Shown: piece by piece, positions 59,039-64,000 of the stretch
How the letters are laid out: every line of letters starts with the position of its first letter
How positions within the stretch are numbered: position 1 is the first letter of the stretch
Source of the DNA: a virus
Strand: one strand, 5' to 3'
IMG/VR virus record: IMGVR_UViG_3300023223_000669
Span: 1-64,000 of that record
DNA: 64,000 nucleotides
Made by a program: the position numbers and the translations under genes
The notes under the pieces: generated by a model
What the model was told of the DNA's origin: nothing
The model's input: the letters and a program-made list of their open reading frames with translations, nothing else
Databases searched by the model: none

Positions 59039-59692
59039 CTACGCGTCGTTTAGTATTATCCACAATAGCGACATCAGCAAAACCGGTAGAGACATCAGTA
59101 TCAACCAAGCACGCTGCTTCCGTGTTGTACGATGTAGAAATATTTGTTTTAATAACCATCGCTTGCCTGTGCATGTCCAAAATAGATTGTTACGTCCTAC
59201 TAATTCTCTCCTGATTAGTAGTTGTTCTTGATAGTGATCAAGCGACCTCTTCCACATTTCTTGGTAGTGTGGATTGCGGATATGCTCCGCTCTGAGCATT
59301 TCGATATGGCATGCCTGCATACGAGCACAAAGTATCTCTAAAGCGTACTTGACCGACCGTAGCCATAGACGCCGCATTTTGATCTGGGAAACCACGGAAG
59401 TTTATTTGTTTTTGTGCCATTCGTTTAATACACCCAACAATTCGTGTGCTCTGACCTCACACTCCTGACGCACGCCCTTAGATTCTGTAGTCGCTAACCT
59501 TTCTAGCACTACGGCCAACCGTGTGTCAATCGCTTTCAGAAGCTTTTCAATGGAAGCTTTTCTCTTGCGTGTTTTTAAATATGCTCCTACTAGTGTCACA
59601 GCTAAATCAACCCCAAGAGCAACCTGAGGAACAAGAATCTTAAGGCTCTGTCTAAGAACAGGATTACTCAGTATTTTCGTTACCGCATCCAT
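59039..59692 (-). CDS. two hypothetical proteins (59039-59395 with a C-terminal TM segment; 59402-59692)
   Basis: Lie between iscA and iscU. Confidence 0.5.
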
Positions 59693-60065
59693 CTTGTTTC
59701 TCCACGTAATCTGTAATCGCGGCTTTTATCGCGTCTTCCGCGAGGACACTACAATGGATTTTAACAGGCGGGAGTGAAAGCTCTTTGACAATCTCGGTGT
59801 TCCGTACAAGTTTCGCTTCCCCGATGGTCAGCCCCTTGATCCACTCTGTCGCAAGTGACGAAGCAGCAATAGCTGACCCACATCCAAACGTCTTAAATTT
59901 AGCATCTACAATAACGTCTCCTTCCGCCTGGATTTGCAGTTTCATCACGTCGCCGCATTCAGGGGCCCCAACAATCCCCGTGCCCACCTGTGCCGACTCC
60001 TTATCTAAAGAACCCACATTGCGGGGATTATTGAAGTGATCTAATACTTTATCAGAATAAGCCAT
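59664..60065 (-). CDS. iscU: Fe-S cluster scaffold protein
   Basis: MAYSDKVLDHFNNPRNVG, APECGDVMKL, FGCGSAIA, LPPVKIHC. Confidence 0.96.
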   Translation of the reverse strand: MAYSDKVLDHFNNPRNVGSLDKESAQVGTGIVGAPECGDVMKLQIQAEGDVIVDAKFKTFGCGSAIAASSLATEWIKGLTIGEAKLVRNTEIVKELSLPPVKIHCSVLAEDAIKAAITDYVEKQDGCGNENTE

Positions 60066-60066
60066 A

Positions 60067-60753
60067 TTACTTCCACCATTCAAAATCGGGGTCGTTCGAA
60101 AGACCAAGGTCACGAAGTTGCTTTTTGCCAAGCTGACGCTTACGTTCCACAACCTCTACCATAGAATACTCTACAACATTGGCTTGTTTGATAAAATCCC
60201 AACGCTGGTGAGCCTTCTCTTTCTTGATGTACCAGACCTCGAACCAGCAGGCGTTGATACGCTCGAAACGGCGATCTCCAATCTGACACTTGTCGGGGTC
60301 ATACTGAGGTTTACGTTGCCAACGATGATGTTCCGTATCCTCACGTAGAAAGCCCTTTGCGTCAACATAGAAGTGACGCCAACGGGGCCAACGTTGGTCC
60401 TTCTTGACTAGTCGCTCTCTCCAAGTGTCAACCTCGAACTCCACATGCTCGCGAAGGTGCTTACCACGCAAACTACGAGCATCAGCATGCTCGCAGATTT
60501 CGCTAAACACCTTGTCCCAGGGACGCCCCACGTTAACACGCAGAAATTTGACAAGAGGAGAAATACGGTCGGCAAGCTCAAGACCCCAACCATTGTAACG
60601 TCGTCTCATCCCCTGCCGTTCCGGCAGGGCATCTAGTTCATCGATAGTTTTGCCGCTAATCTGGGTTCTGATCACGCTGTCGTAACCGCCCCTGCGAACC
60701 GTGTCGATGATCACGTCTTTCATATCTGCACGCATTTTGTACCTCCGATTCAA
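60067..60753 (-). CDS. hypothetical Arg/Trp-rich protein
   Basis: PLVKFLRVNVGRPWDKVFSEI. Confidence 0.65.
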   Translation of the reverse strand: MNRRYKMRADMKDVIIDTVRRGGYDSVIRTQISGKTIDELDALPERQGMRRRYNGWGLELADRISPLVKFLRVNVGRPWDKVFSEICEHADARSLRGKHLREHVEFEVDTWRERLVKKDQRWPRWRHFYVDAKGFLREDTEHHRWQRKPQYDPDKCQIGDRRFERINACWFEVWYIKKEKAHQRWDFIKQANVVEYSMVEVVERKRQLGKKQLRDLGLSNDPDFEWWK

Positions 60754-61157
60754 CTGCTACCAAAATGGCAGCAACTTCGGCGGCTCGGATATCTAGGTGC
60801 AGGTGTTCGGCTTCATGACGCCTATTACGGTAGTCGTCAAGGCGAAGCCTGAGCCAGCTAACCAGAGCTGTCTTATCCAACAAGTTGTACCGATTGGATT
60901 TTAAATTCGATTGTCAGACCTTTTGTCAATTCTAAATATTTGGCCTTCACTAAGATTTGTGAGTTCTGCAAATCTGCATTACCCTCAATCCTAGATCTGA
61001 GCCACGCATTCATTACTGGCTTGATCAGATCAATCGCTTGCCGCTGTTCCTCAGTGGCACTTTTTAGCCCAATCGGGATAGAACGGCGAATTCTACCGTT
61101 CTGGACGACAACCTCGGTGTTATAACGTGCTTTGATCATGATAGCATTATACAACGT

Positions 61158-61952
61158 TTAGTCCTGGTTGTCAAGTAAAAATTCACAATCATCCACATGT
61201 TGCGGTACTCCACCCGGGCGAGTCCACAAGTTAATCAACGTGTGATAAGCAAGACGAATCTCCAAATCGGAGAGTTCTGTCTGGGAATTTCCTTTCACCT
61301 GTCTGGGATACATGACATAATTTTCCGCATCCACCCCGATTGGCAGGATCATCCAACCGGTATAGACACCTTTTGCTTCCCATCCAACCACATGAGGAAC
61401 GCCTAACATATGACCAATCTCATGTAAAGACGTTGAAAAGGCACGTTCTGGAGTCTCTTCCAATTCATCAGCATCCAACAGAATCCTACCGTCCTGTATC
61501 CACACGCCAAGGAGCTTATCTTTCATTTTGAATTCACTACCTTGAAGATCGATCAAACGAACACCAATGATATCAGGACGATTCACCAACCTCATTGGAT
61601 ATTCCATAGACATGACATGGACTTTAAAATGTACTGGAATATGCTTAGCCCATTCTGTTAGGGCTTGCATCATTGCCTTCCACGTTTCAGGATATCGTTT
61701 AACCTCCCAGAGACGTACCTTAAGATTTATACGTACATAAAAATCTGGTGGTAGACCTCGTGCCCCTGTATACCCAGATATGACCGTAAAGTTAGTCTGC
61801 TCCTCTGGACTAAGATCTAATGGAGCCACACAGGCGATACAGGCTAGACAGGAAGCCAGCAACGCAATTAGGAAACCGGTCGTACGATTCATTAGCATTC
61901 CCCAGGCGAAAGAACAGCCGCCCACAAGGGCGACTTTACAGGCCATTACCAA
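61158..61952 (-). CDS. metzincin (matrixin-like) zinc metalloprotease, probably exported (true start likely near MNRTT)
   Basis: HEIGHMLGVPH plus Met-turn VMYP; hydrophobic signal with Cys. Confidence 0.8.
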   Translation of the reverse strand: MVMACKVALVGGCSFAWGMLMNRTTGFLIALLASCLACIACVAPLDLSPEEQTNFTVISGYTGARGLPPDFYVRINLKVRLWEVKRYPETWKAMMQALTEWAKHIPVHFKVHVMSMEYPMRLVNRPDIIGVRLIDLQGSEFKMKDKLLGVWIQDGRILLDADELEETPERAFSTSLHEIGHMLGVPHVVGWEAKGVYTGWMILPIGVDAENYVMYPRQVKGNSQTELSDLEIRLAYHTLINLWTRPGGVPQHVDDCEFLLDNQD

Positions 61953-62145
61953 TAGTTATTACGCTAAGTGACTATCTGGAAAAAGCTTGAAAAAGGGAAA
62001 AGCATACATATCGTGTACTACGTATAATATGTCGGCCCTCTGTGGGCCATAGAGCTACGTGGCACCGTGTTGCTTCGCCTCTGTTTGTCTCGTCCTGTAT
62101 GGGACTATTATGACATGATTTCACGACTTCGTATAGCACTTTCCC

Positions 62146-62409
62146 ATGAAAACATCAGTACACAACGAAGCTGACTTAGAGGGCTATCCCAAGCCCCTGC
62201 CGGAAGGCATGATAGCGATCCATTTCAAGATGGTCGCAGTAGGCCCTAACACGATGGCCGCAGCCGAACACCGCGGGCCGAGGCTTTGCCAAATTGTTCG
62301 CGAACAGCCCGGGTATTTTTTGTTGAGCCAGGATGGCTCAGGTTTAGGTCTACGAGAAGCCATGCATGGGCTTGTAGACAATTTTTGCGATGCTCAAGAA
62401 GGTAAATAA
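62146..62409 (+). CDS. hypothetical protein
   Basis: 87-aa ORF at the strand switch. Confidence 0.55.
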   Translation: MKTSVHNEADLEGYPKPLPEGMIAIHFKMVAVGPNTMAAAEHRGPRLCQIVREQPGYFLLSQDGSGLGLREAMHGLVDNFCDAQEGK

Positions 62410-62410
62410 T

Positions 62411-62773
62411 ATGAGTCAGAGAAGTAAAAGGTCCAAAAAGGGCAAAGGTGTTCACCAAGATATTAGTGGTTCGACCCTCAATATGGGTGGTCTCATTGCT
62501 CGACATGATAGAGGTAAAGACCCGGAAGTCCGCGTCCCTTTGAAAGCGACGGGTGACATTCCCGCTGAAAAGGCTAAGGGTCTTGCCCAAGCATCTCCTC
62601 TTTTCCAGCCTATCAAAGACGCTGTTAAGCCTGAGTCCAAACAGGAAGAAGCCAAGGCCGTTGCTGAAGCCACGGTCAAGGAAGAGAAGAAGGAAGAGAA
62701 GGCCAAGCATCCTGCTCCTAAGCAGCGTGTTCTTCGTAAGAAAGAAGAGAAGACAGAAGACAACGCGGAGTAA
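62411..62773 (+). CDS. Lys/Glu/Ala-rich low-complexity protein
   Basis: EEAKAVAEATVKEEKKEEKAK; start at MSQRSK. Confidence 0.6.
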   Translation: MSQRSKRSKKGKGVHQDISGSTLNMGGLIARHDRGKDPEVRVPLKATGDIPAEKAKGLAQASPLFQPIKDAVKPESKQEEAKAVAEATVKEEKKEEKAKHPAPKQRVLRKKEEKTEDNAE

Positions 62774-62774
62774 C

Positions 62775-63368
62775 ATGACAGCAAGCGGTGTAGCGGCGAG
62801 CAGCACCCCCTCCTATGCCGACGTTTCTGACATTGTTGAAGCGTTAGTCAACATAGAGGGGCGACGAACCCCGATCCCTGGGATGGATTTTGAAGATACC
62901 GCTCAGGAGATCAGGATGGAGTGCGTTCGCGTGCTTCAGTTCTACGATGCCTCCCGCATCGGCCCCTCGCCTTTCAAATATCTCCAAACGTGTGTACGAA
63001 ACTTTTTGTACAATCAGCGTAGAGGTATTTGGGTACCGAATAATCCCCCTTGCGTTCGGTGCCCGCTTTGGGATAAGATGAGAAAGCTTTGTACTATTGA
63101 AGAGGTAGGTTGCGATAAAATCGTATTGTATCGCGAGAACATGGCCACGAAGGCTGCCCTCAAGCAACCAGCCACGCTGGAAATTGATGTCATGGATTAT
63201 CGCCATGAGCAGGAACTTGAGGCAAAACTTCTAGACCGAAGCATTCGTGACGCATTGCCCGAGCATTTGATTGAATACTATGACAAAATGCTCTTGGGCG
63301 AAAAGGTGCCGCCTCGGTACAAAAAACAAGTTCGAGAGATTGCTACGGGGGTGATTAATAATGCCTAG
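62775..63368 (+). CDS. sigma-factor-like protein with Cys-rich insert
   Basis: DFEDTAQEIRM...YDASR...FKYLQTCVRNFLYNQRR (region 2-like); CVRCPLW..C..GC insert; short region 4-like end. Confidence 0.7.
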   Translation: MTASGVAASSTPSYADVSDIVEALVNIEGRRTPIPGMDFEDTAQEIRMECVRVLQFYDASRIGPSPFKYLQTCVRNFLYNQRRGIWVPNNPPCVRCPLWDKMRKLCTIEEVGCDKIVLYRENMATKAALKQPATLEIDVMDYRHEQELEAKLLDRSIRDALPEHLIEYYDKMLLGEKVPPRYKKQVREIATGVINNA

Positions 63369-64000
63369 GACAACACCGCTCGTACAGAGAGATCGTGTAA
63401 TCGCCCTTGTCAAACAAGGCATGAGCAATACCGAAACCGCTCGTCAGATGAAGAAAGAATTTCCTGATGAATGGAGTTCGCAGTATGCACACCGGACGGT
63501 TGCACGTATTCTTAAGGATGCCGCAGAGGAAGCTATTATCGAGCCCTCGGTTGATCCGGAAAAAACACTTGATGAGATGAGTCGTGAAGAACGTTATCGA
63601 TTCATTGAAACCAGACTCCAGCAAACACCACGTTTCCGTATGGCATTTCGTAACTTCAAAAAAGAAGAAAAAGAGGTGTTCGTTGATGAGTATTTGAAGA
63701 TTGTTAAATCTACAGACACATTAACTGAGGCTGAGGAACAAGCTTTGTTTGCGGCCATCCTTGAGCTTGTTCTTGGATTACAGGCATTAGGTAGAAAAGA
63801 ACAACTAGAGCAACTGCGAGAACGAACGTTAGCTGGTGAGATTCCAGATGGCGACCCAAAGCATACTCGTAATGTTGATCCTAGATATCAAAAAGAACAT
63901 AATGACCACATGAAGCTTTATCATGCCGGTATCAGCGAACTGAAGATGTCGCGTTCACAACGACTCAAAGAGGTCCGTTCTCAGAAGCAGACGCTTGTAG
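63361..64000 (+). CDS. HTH + helical protein, possibly terminase small subunit (3' truncated)
   Basis: Manual translation MPRTTPLVQRDRVIALVKQGMSNTETAR...; open to the window end. Confidence 0.4.
   Translation, partial: MPRTTPLVQRDRVIALVKQGMSNTETARQMKKEFPDEWSSQYAHRTVARILKDAAEEAIIEPSVDPEKTLDEMSREERYRFIETRLQQTPRFRMAFRNFKKEEKEVFVDEYLKIVKSTDTLTEAEEQALFAAILELVLGLQALGRKEQLEQLRERTLAGEIPDGDPKHTRNVDPRYQKEHNDHMKLYHAGISELKMSRSQRLKEVRSQKQTLV

Noticed and set aside
3546-62806. Many antisense ORFs in the track (e.g. 3842-4327, 7777-8124, 28604-29029, 49400-49771, 62246-62806)
   Set aside because: Shadows of well-supported genes with no motifs or start signals.
1-64000. Alternative genetic code (stop-codon reassignment)
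   Set aside because: Conserved proteins are full length in the standard code with TAA, TAG and TGA all used as stops, and no suppressor tRNA was seen.

Overview
64 kb of a large lytic tailed-phage (jumbo/huge-phage-like) genome. There are no host housekeeping operons or integrase, and no recognisable capsid gene. Positions 1-37.4 kb are mostly minus strand: tRNA/RNA-repair genes (CCA-adding enzyme, P-loop kinase, RNA ligase), ssb, DNA ligase, pyrB, about 13 conventional tRNAs plus several aberrant tRNA-like elements, at least two large structured ncRNA candidates, rIIA/rIIB, an NAD salvage cluster (Nudix, NAMPT, NMNAT-like), about 12 free-standing endonucleases and a repeat-punctuated small-gene array. 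Positions 37.9-47.4 kb are a plus-strand early-type region with many sigma70 promoters, some inside perfect hairpins, and two about 195-bp block repeats. Positions 47.5-62 kb are minus-strand accessory genes (SET domain, AAA ATPase, phosphoesterase, nucleotidyltransferase, SLOG, dCMP deaminase, macrodomain, IscA, IscU, metalloprotease). From 62.1 kb the genes are plus strand, including a sigma-factor-like gene. The most notable signals are: an ornate RNA of about 900 nt split by an antisense HNH gene; tRNA-Cys and tRNA-Asn with long variable arms; the ELEKD cassette array; hairpin-embedded promoters; and a conserved TAGTGTAT motif upstream of antisense HNH genes. All calls were made by eye from motifs; no database search was run.
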